Origin: Candidatus Bathyarchaeia archaeon
GTDB lineage: Archaea > Thermoproteota > Bathyarchaeia > Bathyarchaeales > Bathycorpusculaceae
Assembly: GCA_050012755.1 (NCBI GenBank)
Contig: JBEKGO010000009.1
Location: forward strand, 1-57,195
DNA length: 57,195 bases
Direction of reading: 5' to 3'
Below the pieces are notes generated by a model, which worked only from the letters and a program-made list of their open reading frames with translations, did not search any database and was not told the DNA's origin. Positions 47,222 through 57,050 of this stretch are shown piece after piece (position 1 is the first letter of the stretch; each line of letters starts with the position of its first letter). A program made the translations under genes and the position numbers.

Positions 47222-49599
47222 ACGCTAACCTCTACATCCACCGAAAAGCAGGCTACACACTCTGCGAAGCTAATATAACCAAAGCCACAGACCAACAGCT
47301 GATCGAAATCAGCAATGAATTAGCTTTGGGGTTAAGTTTAGATGAAATGAAAAGTATCCAAGCCTACTTTAAAGCGGAAGGTAGAAACCCAACAGATGTT
47401 GAGTTACAAACCATCAGCCAAACATGGTCAGAACACTGCTATCACAAAACCTTCAAAGGAAAAATTCTCTTAGACGGCAAAGAAATTGACAGCCTCTTCA
47501 AAACTTACATTGCAAAAGCAACAAAAGAAATCAAAGCGCCCTGGTGTTTTAGTGTCTTTGAAGATAATGCTGGTATTGTGAAATTTGACAAGGGCTATGG
47601 TATAGCTGCGAAAGTTGAAACCCACAATCACCCATCTGCTGTTGAACCTTTCGGCGGCGCAGCCACAGGCGTTGGAGGCGTAATTCGCGACATCCTCGGC
47701 GTATGGGCAGATCCAATCGCATGTACAGATGTTTTGGGCTTTGGACCATTAGATTACGATTATAACAAGTTGCCTGCAGGTGTAAAGCACCCAAAATATG
47801 TCTACATGGGCGTCACTGCAGGCATCAGCGCTTATGGAAACAATATGGGCATCCCAACCATTAACGGAGCAATATACTTCGACGAAAGCTACACAGGCAA
47901 CGTCACTGTCTATTGCGGATGCATTGGACTTTTACCATTAAGCAAATTTACAAAAAACGCCAAGCCAGAACATATAATTGTTATTGCTGGAGGCAAAACA
48001 GGACGCGACGGAATCCACGGTGTCACCTTCGCCTCAGCTGAATTAACTGAGAAATCGGAAGAAATTTCTCGTCCAGCAGTCCAAATTGCAGACCCAATCG
48101 AAGAAGAAAAGGTCAAAAGGGCAATCGTTGAAATCCGCGATTTACAATTGGCTTCGGCGACGACTGACCTTGGCGGAGGCGGTTTATCCTCAGCGATCGG
48201 CGAAACTGCAGAAAAATTCGATTGCGGAGTAACCATTGAACTTGCTAAGGTGCCTTTGAAGTATCAGGGTTTGGCTCCTTGGGAAATTTACATTTCAGAA
48301 TCACAGGAAAGAATGCTCATAACTGTGCCGCCAGAAAACCTGGAACGAGTTATGGCAGTTTTTGAAAAAGAAGACGTAGAAGCCACAGCGATAGGCAAAC
48401 TAACCACTGCACGCCGCCTGCAACTAAACTTTAACGGCAAAAAAGTTGCCGACATGGATATGGCTTTTCTGTTTACACCATGCAAAAGCATGAAAGTTGC
48501 AACCATTGAAAAGCAAACCTTCACTGAACCGCAATTTCCTGAACCACAGACCCTAACAGAAACTCTTATGCGACTTCTTTCTGCGCCTAACATCGCAAGT
48601 AAAGAAAGCGTCATTCGCACTTATGACCACGAAGTCAAAGGCAACACAGCCCTTAAGCCGTTGCAGGGAGAGTATGCTGGACCAAACGACGCCGCTGTGC
48701 TGAAACCGCTGGATGATTCGTGGAAGGGCTTGACAATTTCTTGCGGCATGAACCCAAATTATGGTAAAATAGATGTTTATTGGATGGCTGCTTCAGCTAT
48801 TGATGAGGCAGTTAGAAACAACATTGCTGTTGGCGGGAGAAGAATTGCCCTGTTAGATAATTTTACTTGGGGAAACCCTGAGAAGCCAGAGCGTCTCGGA
48901 TCATTAGTAAGAGCGTGCGAAGCTTGTTATGATTTCGCAACTGCTTTTAGGACGCCGTTTATCTCTGGAAAAGACAGTCTATACAACGAGTCTCCGCTAG
49001 GTCCTGTTACTCCGACGCTTCTAATAACTGCAGTAGGTGTAATTCCAAACCTTCAATCCACAACCTCGATGGATTTGAAAGCTCCTGGCAACCTGCTATA
49101 CATTATCGGGGAAACGTTCAATGAACTTGGCGGTTCGGAATATTACAAACTCAAAGGCTACTTAGGCGCAAGTGTACCAAAAGTGAAAGGTGCAAAAGCA
49201 AAACGCACATTCAAAGTTGTGACTAAAGCCATCGATTTAGGCTTAATCAAATCTTGTCATGACCTCTCGGAAGGTGGGTTAGCGGTGGCGGCGGCAGAGA
49301 TGGCGTTTGCAGGTGGCTATGGGTTGGAGTTGTATTTAGGTAAAGTCCCTGGCAAAGAGTTGGAGCGCAACGATTTTATTTTGTTTTCTGAATCGAATAG
49401 CCGCTTCCTTCTGGAAGTCGCAGAAAATGATAGGAAAGAATTTGAGGTTCTGATGAAGGGCAAGGGCTGTGCTCTGATCGGGAAAGTAACCAAAGATGAG
49501 AAGCTGCTTATTCAAGGATTAAACCAGAAAATAGTAGTCACTGCTTCGCTTGGAGAACTATGGCAAGCATGGAAGAAAACGTTGAGCGGGGAAGCCTAA
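47218..49599 (+). CDS. purL: FGAM synthase subunit PurL
   Basis: WSEHC.HK, ETHNHPSA.EPF.GAATG.GG..RD, SESQERM, SGKDSLYN. Confidence 0.97.
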   Translation: MNANLYIHRKAGYTLCEANITKATDQQLIEISNELALGLSLDEMKSIQAYFKAEGRNPTDVELQTISQTWSEHCYHKTFKGKILLDGKEIDSLFKTYIAKATKEIKAPWCFSVFEDNAGIVKFDKGYGIAAKVETHNHPSAVEPFGGAATGVGGVIRDILGVWADPIACTDVLGFGPLDYDYNKLPAGVKHPKYVYMGVTAGISAYGNNMGIPTINGAIYFDESYTGNVTVYCGCIGLLPLSKFTKNAKPEHIIVIAGGKTGRDGIHGVTFASAELTEKSEEISRPAVQIADPIEEEKVKRAIVEIRDLQLASATTDLGGGGLSSAIGETAEKFDCGVTIELAKVPLKYQGLAPWEIYISESQERMLITVPPENLERVMAVFEKEDVEATAIGKLTTARRLQLNFNGKKVADMDMAFLFTPCKSMKVATIEKQTFTEPQFPEPQTLTETLMRLLSAPNIASKESVIRTYDHEVKGNTALKPLQGEYAGPNDAAVLKPLDDSWKGLTISCGMNPNYGKIDVYWMAASAIDEAVRNNIAVGGRRIALLDNFTWGNPEKPERLGSLVRACEACYDFATAFRTPFISGKDSLYNESPLGPVTPTLLITAVGVIPNLQSTTSMDLKAPGNLLYIIGETFNELGGSEYYKLKGYLGASVPKVKGAKAKRTFKVVTKAIDLGLIKSCHDLSEGGLAVAAAEMAFAGGYGLELYLGKVPGKELERNDFILFSESNSRFLLEVAENDRKEFEVLMKGKGCALIGKVTKDEKLLIQGLNQKIVVTASLGELWQAWKKTLSGEA

Positions 49600-50415
49600 A
49601 TGAACCAAGAAGAAATCAAAGTGTGCATTTTACGTGTAGGCGGAACCAACTGCGACTCAGAAACTCAGCGGGCTTTTCTTGAGTTGGGCGTCCAAGCAGA
49701 GACTTTGCATGTTAACGAATTGATAAAACGTAGAAACCTGTTGGATTTTCAGGTTCTTGTTTTTCCAGGTGGCTTTTCATTCGGAGATTACGTTCGTTCT
49801 GGCGTGATTTTTGCAAGACACCTCTCAGCCAAATTGGGCAAAGAAATGAAAACGTTCATTGACGAAGGCAGGCCAATTTTGGGCATTTGTAACGGCTTCC
49901 AAATCCTTGTCGAATACGGTTTGCTTCCGGGCTTTGAAGGTATCAGCGAATACCCCGAAGCTTCGCTTGCGTCCAATAGCCAAGGTTACAAGTGCCGCTG
50001 GGTCTACCTAAAGCAAGAAAACAAGGGCAAATGCGTTTTCTCAAGCAAGGTCCCTGTCGGCAAAGTGCTCAGGATGCCTATTGCTCACGGCGAAGGAAGG
50101 CTACTGTTTCCCAAAGAGAAAGAAGAGGAAATGCTTGCACGGCTAATTGACGAGGACATGGTTGTTTTCCGTTACTGCGACAAAAATGGTCAGGTTGCCG
50201 ATGGCAAGTATCCCGATAATCCAAACGGCTCAACCTACGATATCGCTGGTATATGCAACAGGGAAGGAAACATTTTCGGATTGATGCCTCATCCAGAGAG
50301 AGCAATGTATTGGTGGCAACAACCCAATTGGACACGTGAGCAACAGATGTTGCAGTATGGAGACGGAAAACTAATTTTCCAAAGTATAATCGACAACCTA
50401 AAAAAGAGTTGCTAA
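49600..50415 (+). CDS. purQ: FGAM synthase glutaminase subunit PurQ
   Basis: GTNCD.E, PGGFSFGD, GICNGFQIL, AHGEG, NPNGS, MPHPER. Confidence 0.97.
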   Translation: MNQEEIKVCILRVGGTNCDSETQRAFLELGVQAETLHVNELIKRRNLLDFQVLVFPGGFSFGDYVRSGVIFARHLSAKLGKEMKTFIDEGRPILGICNGFQILVEYGLLPGFEGISEYPEASLASNSQGYKCRWVYLKQENKGKCVFSSKVPVGKVLRMPIAHGEGRLLFPKEKEEEMLARLIDEDMVVFRYCDKNGQVADGKYPDNPNGSTYDIAGICNREGNIFGLMPHPERAMYWWQQPNWTREQQMLQYGDGKLIFQSIIDNLKKSC

Positions 50416-50483
50416 ACAGTCAATTCCTTTTCATTTTGGCAAAAATCATATTTACTTTAACGCCGATTTTATTAAATGATCAC

Positions 50484-50627
50484 ATGCCAGCAAAAACAAG
50501 GAAATATGAAAAGCCTACTGAATCTTTGTACGGCTCAGTGAAATTGGATAAGCCCATAGACGACCCAAAGCGTGTTGCTAGAGAGTATATTTGGAAAAAA
50601 GAATTGAAAAAAATGAAAGCGCATTAA
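50484..50627 (+). CDS. 47-aa basic hypothetical peptide (possible antitoxin-like remnant)
   Basis: MPAKTRKYEKPTESLYGSVKLDKPIDDPKRVAREYIWKKELKKMKAH; lies between convergent operons. Confidence 0.4.
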   Translation: MPAKTRKYEKPTESLYGSVKLDKPIDDPKRVAREYIWKKELKKMKAH

Positions 50628-50646
50628 GATGTGAATATTAGATTTT

Positions 50647-51561
50647 CTAATAAAGAAATGCTAAATCCTTAGCGTAGGGCAAGCCTGCGCGGGCACCCAT
50701 CGTCGTAACGCTTCTGGAAGCCACAAAATTCGCTATTTGCCCACATTCGTAGAGACTTTTTTTGTTGATTAAGCCGTAGAGGAAACCTGCGCAGAAAGCG
50801 TCTCCGGCACCTGTCGTGTCAACTGCCTTAACTTTGAAAGGTTCTACTTTGAGTTGTTCTTCTGCGTCTGTAACGAAGCAGCCTTTGTCGCCAAGTTTGA
50901 CTGCGACAATTTTAACGCCCAACCCAATCATTAAATCTGCGCCTTTGCGGTAATCTGTTTCGCCTGTTAAAAGTTCAAGTTCAAAAGCGTTGGGCATCAA
51001 AACGCAAGTGCTGCGGATTATTGGTTCTATAGCTGCAAAACCTTTCTGTGCATAGACAGAGCCTGGGTCAAAGCTGATTTTAACGTCATTGGGCAGGACG
51101 GCCAAAAGTTTTTTTTGGGCGCGAAAAGATTTTTCGCCGACGAATGAGGAGAAATGCACATATTTTGTTTGAGAAAGGTAGCTGTAATTGATTTCTCGGG
51201 GTTCGATTGTGTCGTTGACGCCTGAGTTGATATATAGGGCTCTTGCACCTTTTTTGTCCACGAAGCCCATTACTGAACCACTTTTGCCTTTCGTTGCTTG
51301 AATGATGCCGCCAGTATCTACGCCTTCATTACTGAAACAATCAATTTGCAGTTTGCCTTCTCGGTCATTGGCTACTTTTCCAATGAATCCTGTTTTGCAG
51401 CCGAGCCTTGCCAATCCAACTATAGTGTTTGCGGCTGAGCCACCGCAGGCTTCCGCATATTCTTCGACGAAGCTTTCTTCTTCAGCGCCCGCGAGCTTTT
51501 GCACTTTAAATAACATATCAACGTTGAGCGCACCGAAACCGACTACATCAAATTTCGTCAT
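50647..51561 (-). CDS. PfkB/ribokinase-family kinase (EhaT-like)
   Basis: GGSAAN....ARLG, FDPG, PN..E, VKLG..G, DTTGAGDAF..GF; ATGA overlap with the ftr-like stop. Confidence 0.93.
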   Translation of the reverse strand: MTKFDVVGFGALNVDMLFKVQKLAGAEEESFVEEYAEACGGSAANTIVGLARLGCKTGFIGKVANDREGKLQIDCFSNEGVDTGGIIQATKGKSGSVMGFVDKKGARALYINSGVNDTIEPREINYSYLSQTKYVHFSSFVGEKSFRAQKKLLAVLPNDVKISFDPGSVYAQKGFAAIEPIIRSTCVLMPNAFELELLTGETDYRKGADLMIGLGVKIVAVKLGDKGCFVTDAEEQLKVEPFKVKAVDTTGAGDAFCAGFLYGLINKKSLYECGQIANFVASRSVTTMGARAGLPYAKDLAFLY

Positions 51562-52466
51562 AGAAACAATTCCTTCAACGGGATTTTATATTCACCTAGT
51601 TTACCGCCGTAGTTGCCAGCGGAAATTTTCACTACACCATCAATGCCTAAAACGGCTTCGATGCCAACTTTAGTAGCCTTTTTAACAACGTCTAAGGAGA
51701 CACCATCAAGAACTATTTCAGCTACGTACTCTACGCCCTCGGGAACAAGAGATTCTTTGCCAAGCCGTTTCTTGAGTGAAGGACAATATAGATGGTTGGT
51801 TGTTGGGCCAATCTTGGGAAAATGTGTTTCTGGTTTTGAACCTGCAGAGCAAACATCAAAGGGGGTAACAATACCCTCAACTTTATGGATTGCAGCCAAG
51901 GCGCTTTCTCCTGCTTGTTTTAATGCTTGTTTTGTTTTGCACATAACCCAAAAATTTCCGCCCATAACGCCCTTTGCATAACCGAGATAACGCTCAATAA
52001 TAAAATCAGAAACCATTAAAGGAACAACAATGACATCTTTGCCATGTCGTTTTTCAACCCATTCGTAGCCGTCTCCGCAGTGCCCCACAGTCTCCATCAT
52101 GTCCAATTTGCCCTCGGTCTTGGGTAGAGCGTCGTAGACTGCAGTAAAGGGCTTAACAAGAATGTCTTGGCGGATGCGGTAGGAAAGTTCAGTTTCGAAC
52201 TTTCTTAGTGATTGCTCGAAGGTTTTTTTGGTGTTTATTTCTCCCCAGAACTGCAAGATCGCGCCGACCCTTTTGTCAGGCGTCTCTTGTGAGGTGAGGT
52301 ACTTTTCTACTCCACCCTCAGTTCTGCCGATAACAACGGATGGCGTGGCGGTTGAATCTTCAGCGGCCTTATGCAGAATCTCTTCATCGTCTGCTGTAAC
52401 TATTAATCGGCAAAAAATGCCAGTGAACGCTTCCGCAAACGTATCCTCAATTAGCACCTTACCCAT
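51558..52466 (-). CDS. Formylmethanofuran:H4MPT formyltransferase (Ftr) homolog, EhaS-like paralog
   Basis: IEDTFAEAF, E.GVE, TPD.R.GA, GDGYE, GV.GGNF, S.GSK, TN..YCPSL, EIV.DG, ISAGNYGGKLG. Confidence 0.88.
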   Translation of the reverse strand: MGKVLIEDTFAEAFTGIFCRLIVTADDEEILHKAAEDSTATPSVVIGRTEGGVEKYLTSQETPDKRVGAILQFWGEINTKKTFEQSLRKFETELSYRIRQDILVKPFTAVYDALPKTEGKLDMMETVGHCGDGYEWVEKRHGKDVIVVPLMVSDFIIERYLGYAKGVMGGNFWVMCKTKQALKQAGESALAAIHKVEGIVTPFDVCSAGSKPETHFPKIGPTTNHLYCPSLKKRLGKESLVPEGVEYVAEIVLDGVSLDVVKKATKVGIEAVLGIDGVVKISAGNYGGKLGEYKIPLKELFL

Positions 52467-53549
52467 TTATCCAAGCCTCCCAACAGCAACTCCGCGAACC
52501 TTTTTTCTAAATTCGCTACTTTCTTTTATGAGCAATTCCATATTTTGGGCTGTTACTATTTGAGCTTTAGGCAAACCATTAGGATACACGCCTGAAAGCT
52601 GTTTAAGCAAAGCAGCATCCACTTCACTGTATTCTAATGCTGGAAAGCCCCAAGACTGCAGAGCGTTGATTGTAACTTCTTTTCCGAATTTACAGAACAA
52701 ATCGGCAATAACTGCAGTCACCAGGTTGCTTTCTGAGAGAACAGCCACTTCTGCATTCTTGACTGCATAGCTGTTACCGTTGAAAGATACTGTTAAGCCG
52801 CCGTTGTCTCGGACCAGTTTGAAGGCTTCAACGTCTGTTATGCTGTCGCCCACATACATTACATCCGCTAAATCAGCGCCCAAACGCTTTACCACATCCC
52901 GGATTGCCTCAGCCTTCTGTTCGCCGCCAACCGTCACCACATCAACGAGAAATTTGCCCACAAACATTTTAGGGATTTCGTTCCAAAAAATCTCGCCCAA
53001 ACGCTGAATAGCCACTTGATCACTGTGCGAAAAATCTTCAATGCTACTTGCTTCTTTGGGAATTTCAATCAGGTGCATTTGTGAGATTTCTTGGGCTATT
53101 TTTTTTAGTTGGTCTTTTTCTTGCGGAGTGACAGCGAATTTGTCAAGGCTAACTTTTGTGCAGTACGTGTTTTTGTATGGAAATTCGATGGCTTTGCAAA
53201 GGGCTTTGATATAGTGTTGGTAACTGGTGCTAACTATGAAAGCGTCAGCTACGACTTGCATATGGTGCAGGGTGGTTCTGCTATTAGCGATTAAAATAAT
53301 GTTGTTCTCGGAAAACGCATCCATCTGCCTGTCAGTTAAACCGTACGCTTTAAGAAAAGGCAAAATGAGCTTCAAAGTGCTTCCTGCAGAATAACCGGGT
53401 TTCCGCAGAATATCGGCCAGTACATCGTCGTATTTGCTAATGTTAGTGAAAAGTTCGTCGCCGTTTGGAATAAAATTTGCTGCCAACTCAAACGCGTTGT
53501 CATTTTTTGAGATTGGCCCTTCACAATCGGAAATGAAGATACGCTTCAC
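52467..53549 (-). CDS. HAD-superfamily phosphatase-like protein (EhaR/COG4030-like)
   Basis: ISDCEGPIS.NDNAFE, ISKYDD.L, G.TLKLI.PF, IVSTSY, YVGDSITD, SFNGN.YA; GTG start 2 nt after the purD stop. Confidence 0.82.
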   Translation of the reverse strand: MKRIFISDCEGPISKNDNAFELAANFIPNGDELFTNISKYDDVLADILRKPGYSAGSTLKLILPFLKAYGLTDRQMDAFSENNIILIANSRTTLHHMQVVADAFIVSTSYQHYIKALCKAIEFPYKNTYCTKVSLDKFAVTPQEKDQLKKIAQEISQMHLIEIPKEASSIEDFSHSDQVAIQRLGEIFWNEIPKMFVGKFLVDVVTVGGEQKAEAIRDVVKRLGADLADVMYVGDSITDVEAFKLVRDNGGLTVSFNGNSYAVKNAEVAVLSESNLVTAVIADLFCKFGKEVTINALQSWGFPALEYSEVDAALLKQLSGVYPNGLPKAQIVTAQNMELLIKESSEFRKKVRGVAVGRLG

Positions 53550-53551
53550 AC

Positions 53552-54958
53552 TTAATGCCTCAAATTCTCCATGTGCTTTACGCTTTTTGCAATGTGCTGT
53601 TTTGAGGCTACGTCGGTTCGGTTCCATAATGCACCGCCAGAAATTGCTTTGGCACCTTCTTGGCTGATTTGGCGGGCTTCTTCAATGCTTTTGCCGATGC
53701 CTAAAACGCCTATTGCACGGGATTTTAAGGCGTAGTTTTTACCGTTTTTTGTTTCCATTGATCCAGGGTAAATTCGAATGTTTTTGCCGTATTTTTTGGT
53801 TAATGCATAAGCATCTGAGAGAGAAACTGGCGAGTTAAGGGCTGATTTATCTACTTGACCGGGGAACACTTCTGCGTAGCCACCGTAGTCGGGCGGAACC
53901 TTGTAGGTTAAGACTGACGCTGTCTTTTCCAACTCTATAGTTGTCAAATTTCCTTCAATCATTCGGAAACATAAGTCGACGAAGTCGTCTTTGATCAGAG
54001 CAAGGAGATTAATTATTTCTGGGTCTCCAGGTCGGCTGTTGTTTTCGAGAACTTTTATACCTTTTCCAGTGTGCATAAAAGCTAAGTAGAGAGGGACACC
54101 TCTGAGGGCGGAAGCATCTTTGATTTTTGTGCTCCAGCCTTTAAAAATTTTGTCAGCTAACAAAAGCTCCTGCTCGCATTCAGCGTCGGTCAGGAAAGGT
54201 AATTTGTCGTCGATGTCTTTGTACGAGCCCATTCCACCTGTGTTTGGACCTTTGTCGTCGTCGAAAGCACGTTTGTAGTCACGCGTATCAGGCAGCGGAA
54301 TTAAGTGTTTGCCATCACAGAAAGCCATGAAACTTGACTCTTCCCCGTCTATCTTTTCCTCAATGATAACTGAGCCATATTGGAAGTTGGACATGAAATG
54401 CTCAAAAAGTTGTTCTCGATTTGCAAAGTGGTCTCCCCAGACGCCAACGCCTTTTCCCAATGCTGGCTTATCAGGCTTAACTACAGCCTGATTATCTAAT
54501 TCATCTAGCCAATGGTAAACATCGGCTTTAATGTCTGAGTCTTTGTAATCGGCTGGGTCAAAAACTTTGAATCGTGGATTGGCTTCTGGTGCAATCTCAT
54601 CAAAAAGAACCCGCTGCTCAACTTTGCTGACTTCTATGGCGTATTGTTGCTTAGGACAAATAACAGGTATGCCTGTGTGTTTCTCAACTTGGTCGCGGAT
54701 GCCTTCAATTATGGGTTTTTCTGAGCCGACTAAAGCAAATCTGATTTTGCTCTTGTTTGCTTCTGCGAATTTGCAGATTTCCTCCACATCTAGATTCGGG
54801 ATGACAACGTGTTTGGCGGCTTTTTCCGCGTTGAATGGGTTGCGTTGTTTGTCAGCGATGTAAAGTTCAACTTGATATTTTTTGCTCTGTAGAAGCGCGT
54901 CAACCATAGCGATCTCTCTTGCACCGTAAGAAACAACCAAGACGCCTATTTTTTCCAT
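53552..54958 (-). CDS. purD: Phosphoribosylamine--glycine ligase
   Basis: GARE.A, E.SK, VVKP....GKGV, IEE..GEE.S, DYKRA.D.D.GPNTGGMGS, E.NSRPGDPE. Confidence 0.95.
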   Translation of the reverse strand: MEKIGVLVVSYGAREIAMVDALLQSKKYQVELYIADKQRNPFNAEKAAKHVVIPNLDVEEICKFAEANKSKIRFALVGSEKPIIEGIRDQVEKHTGIPVICPKQQYAIEVSKVEQRVLFDEIAPEANPRFKVFDPADYKDSDIKADVYHWLDELDNQAVVKPDKPALGKGVGVWGDHFANREQLFEHFMSNFQYGSVIIEEKIDGEESSFMAFCDGKHLIPLPDTRDYKRAFDDDKGPNTGGMGSYKDIDDKLPFLTDAECEQELLLADKIFKGWSTKIKDASALRGVPLYLAFMHTGKGIKVLENNSRPGDPEIINLLALIKDDFVDLCFRMIEGNLTTIELEKTASVLTYKVPPDYGGYAEVFPGQVDKSALNSPVSLSDAYALTKKYGKNIRIYPGSMETKNGKNYALKSRAIGVLGIGKSIEEARQISQEGAKAISGGALWNRTDVASKQHIAKSVKHMENLRH

Positions 54959-55019
54959 TAGAGACTCACCCTTAAGCAAAGAAAATAGAAGGATTGCTTA
55001 ATTTGCTTTGCCACCGCAG

Positions 55020-56501
55020 TTACGGCTGAACTTCTTCCGACTCATAGATCCTTGATTTTTCTTGATATCCAGCCAAGAATCTCTGTTTCATCGCGTCAGC
55101 CATTTTTTGTGCGCAGGGCGTTGGATACTCTCCGTTGATGCAGGCCAAGCAGAGTTGGTCTTTTGTTTGACCCGTTGCCTTCACTAACGCTTCAATGGAC
55201 TGATAGCATACGCCATCTGCACCTATGATTTCAGCTATACCTTCTGCATCATGTCTTGAACCGACAAGTTGCCCATACGTTGACATATCAATTCCGTATA
55301 AGCAAGGACCAATAATTCGTGGAAAAGTAACAAAAACGTAGACTTTTTTGGCGCCTGCCTTCCGCAATTTATCAATTATAACTTTGGTTGTATCTCCCCT
55401 AACTATGCTGTCCTCAGTTACGATAACTCGTTTTCCATCAACTTTGGAACCCAAAATGTTGATCTTCTTATCAATCGTGGAAAAGCGCTCGACGTTCAGC
55501 AGAATGAAAGCTCTCTCTGTAACATAGCGATGTCGTCTTGACGCCCGTTCCCATCTCAAACCTGAAGCTTCATGGACCCCCATCGCTGAGTCGTCTCCTG
55601 TTTCAGGCACGGAGAGAATAATGTCACTTTCTTTTACGACTTTAGGATTTTCTTTTACAATGTTTCTTCCGAAATCTTCTCGAATTTCATAAACGTATTT
55701 GCCGTTGAACCTTGAATCTGGCCTAGCAAAATAAGCATATTCAAAAGCGCAGAAGGCTGGGCGAGGATTTTGTATAATTTGGATGCGTTTGAAACCGTCT
55801 TTTGAAACGGTTACGAGTTCGCCTGGTTTTAACTCAAAATCTCTTACAAAACTGTTCATGTCGAGGCCTACGGTTTCAGAGGAGAAAGCATAAGTTTTGG
55901 CAACGGGGTCATGCCCGGCGCATAAGGGTTTTATACCATGTGGATCTTTGAAAGCGAAAAAGTCGCCGTCTCCCGTTATGCCTGTCACGGAGAATGCGCC
56001 GTCTAAACTTTCCATAACCCCTTTGGCTGCAGACGGCAGGTCTTTGCCTTGTTTTAGGGCTAAGAGCATTTTGTTACATACAATGTCAGAATCGCAACTG
56101 TAAGTAAAGTTTGGAAAGTTTTGATACATTTCTTTCTTCAGTGGCAGTGTGTTGACGATGTTGCCGTTAAATGAGAGCGCAAGTTTTATGCCATTTACTT
56201 GAGCGACGACTGGTTGGGTGCCCTCTATAATGGAGACATCGTCGCATTTACCTGAGGTTGTGTACCTCACATTGCCGATGCCTATTGATCCAGGCAGACG
56301 GCCAAACCATTCTTTTATGGCGTCATTTTTTACCTTAGGAACTAAATCCAAGTTTTTGTAGGTAAAAAATTGTTTATCACTATAAGTAAGAAATCCGTGC
56401 GATTGGTGCCCTCGATGGTTTTGAGCCCGCAACCCCCAATAAACATATGGAAAGACAGGTTGATTTTCATAGTTTATTGCGCCAAAGATACCGCAGCCCA
56501 T
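55020..56501 (-). CDS. purF: Amidophosphoribosyltransferase (Fe-S type)
   Basis: CGIFG, HRG, RYTTSG, NGNIVN, CAFE..YFARPDS, EDSIVRG.T, PCLYGIDM, CLAC..G.YP. Confidence 0.96.
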   Translation of the reverse strand: MGCGIFGAINYENQPVFPYVYWGLRAQNHRGHQSHGFLTYSDKQFFTYKNLDLVPKVKNDAIKEWFGRLPGSIGIGNVRYTTSGKCDDVSIIEGTQPVVAQVNGIKLALSFNGNIVNTLPLKKEMYQNFPNFTYSCDSDIVCNKMLLALKQGKDLPSAAKGVMESLDGAFSVTGITGDGDFFAFKDPHGIKPLCAGHDPVAKTYAFSSETVGLDMNSFVRDFELKPGELVTVSKDGFKRIQIIQNPRPAFCAFEYAYFARPDSRFNGKYVYEIREDFGRNIVKENPKVVKESDIILSVPETGDDSAMGVHEASGLRWERASRRHRYVTERAFILLNVERFSTIDKKINILGSKVDGKRVIVTEDSIVRGDTTKVIIDKLRKAGAKKVYVFVTFPRIIGPCLYGIDMSTYGQLVGSRHDAEGIAEIIGADGVCYQSIEALVKATGQTKDQLCLACINGEYPTPCAQKMADAMKQRFLAGYQEKSRIYESEEVQP

Positions 56502-56642
56502 TTGGTTCCTTCCCGCGAATAAAGCATGGTAGTGAAAGAAGGGGTTTATCAGCTTTTAGTACATATTTAACTAAAAACCATGGGGTTTTTAACATAATAA
56601 GCTTTAAACTAAAAAAGAAAAAGTATGGGAAAAGTTAAGAGC

Positions 56643-57050
56643 TTATTTTTGCATGTACTCTAGAATTCCGAAGTGGTTGCCTTCCGGATCCAATGCCAGT
56701 GCCCACCAGCCTAAACCGGGTATCTCCATCTTTGGCACCACAATTTTGCCGCCTAATGCTTCGATCTTTTTGCTATATTCTTCGACTGACTCTACCGAAA
56801 TATAGTTTGTCGGCTTAGCCATATCAGGCATGGAAGCATCTTTCCGATTGTACAATCCGCCGTTGACGCCAGGTCGGACAGGCATCATTGTCTTTTCATC
56901 CACGGGAACAGTTCCCACAAGATAATAGGTTGTCGGTCCAGGGTATTTTTCCATTGTCCAGCCAAACAACTCGACATAAAATTTCTTCAACTTTTCGATG
57001 TCGTTAGCTGGAATTTCAAAATGAACAATTGTATGATCCAAAAAAATCAC
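56643..57050 (-). CDS. VOC/glyoxalase-family protein
   Basis: IVHFEIPA.D....KFY..LFGW, GVNGG, GG.IVVPK.EIPG.G, DPEGN.FG. Confidence 0.92.
   Translation of the reverse strand: MIFLDHTIVHFEIPANDIEKLKKFYVELFGWTMEKYPGPTTYYLVGTVPVDEKTMMPVRPGVNGGLYNRKDASMPDMAKPTNYISVESVEEYSKKIEALGGKIVVPKMEIPGLGWWALALDPEGNHFGILEYMQK

Noticed and set aside
51558-52466. Ftr homolog as evidence of methanogenesis
   Set aside because: No mcr, mtr or fwd genes in the window; Ftr homologs occur in non-methanogens and the context is purine synthesis
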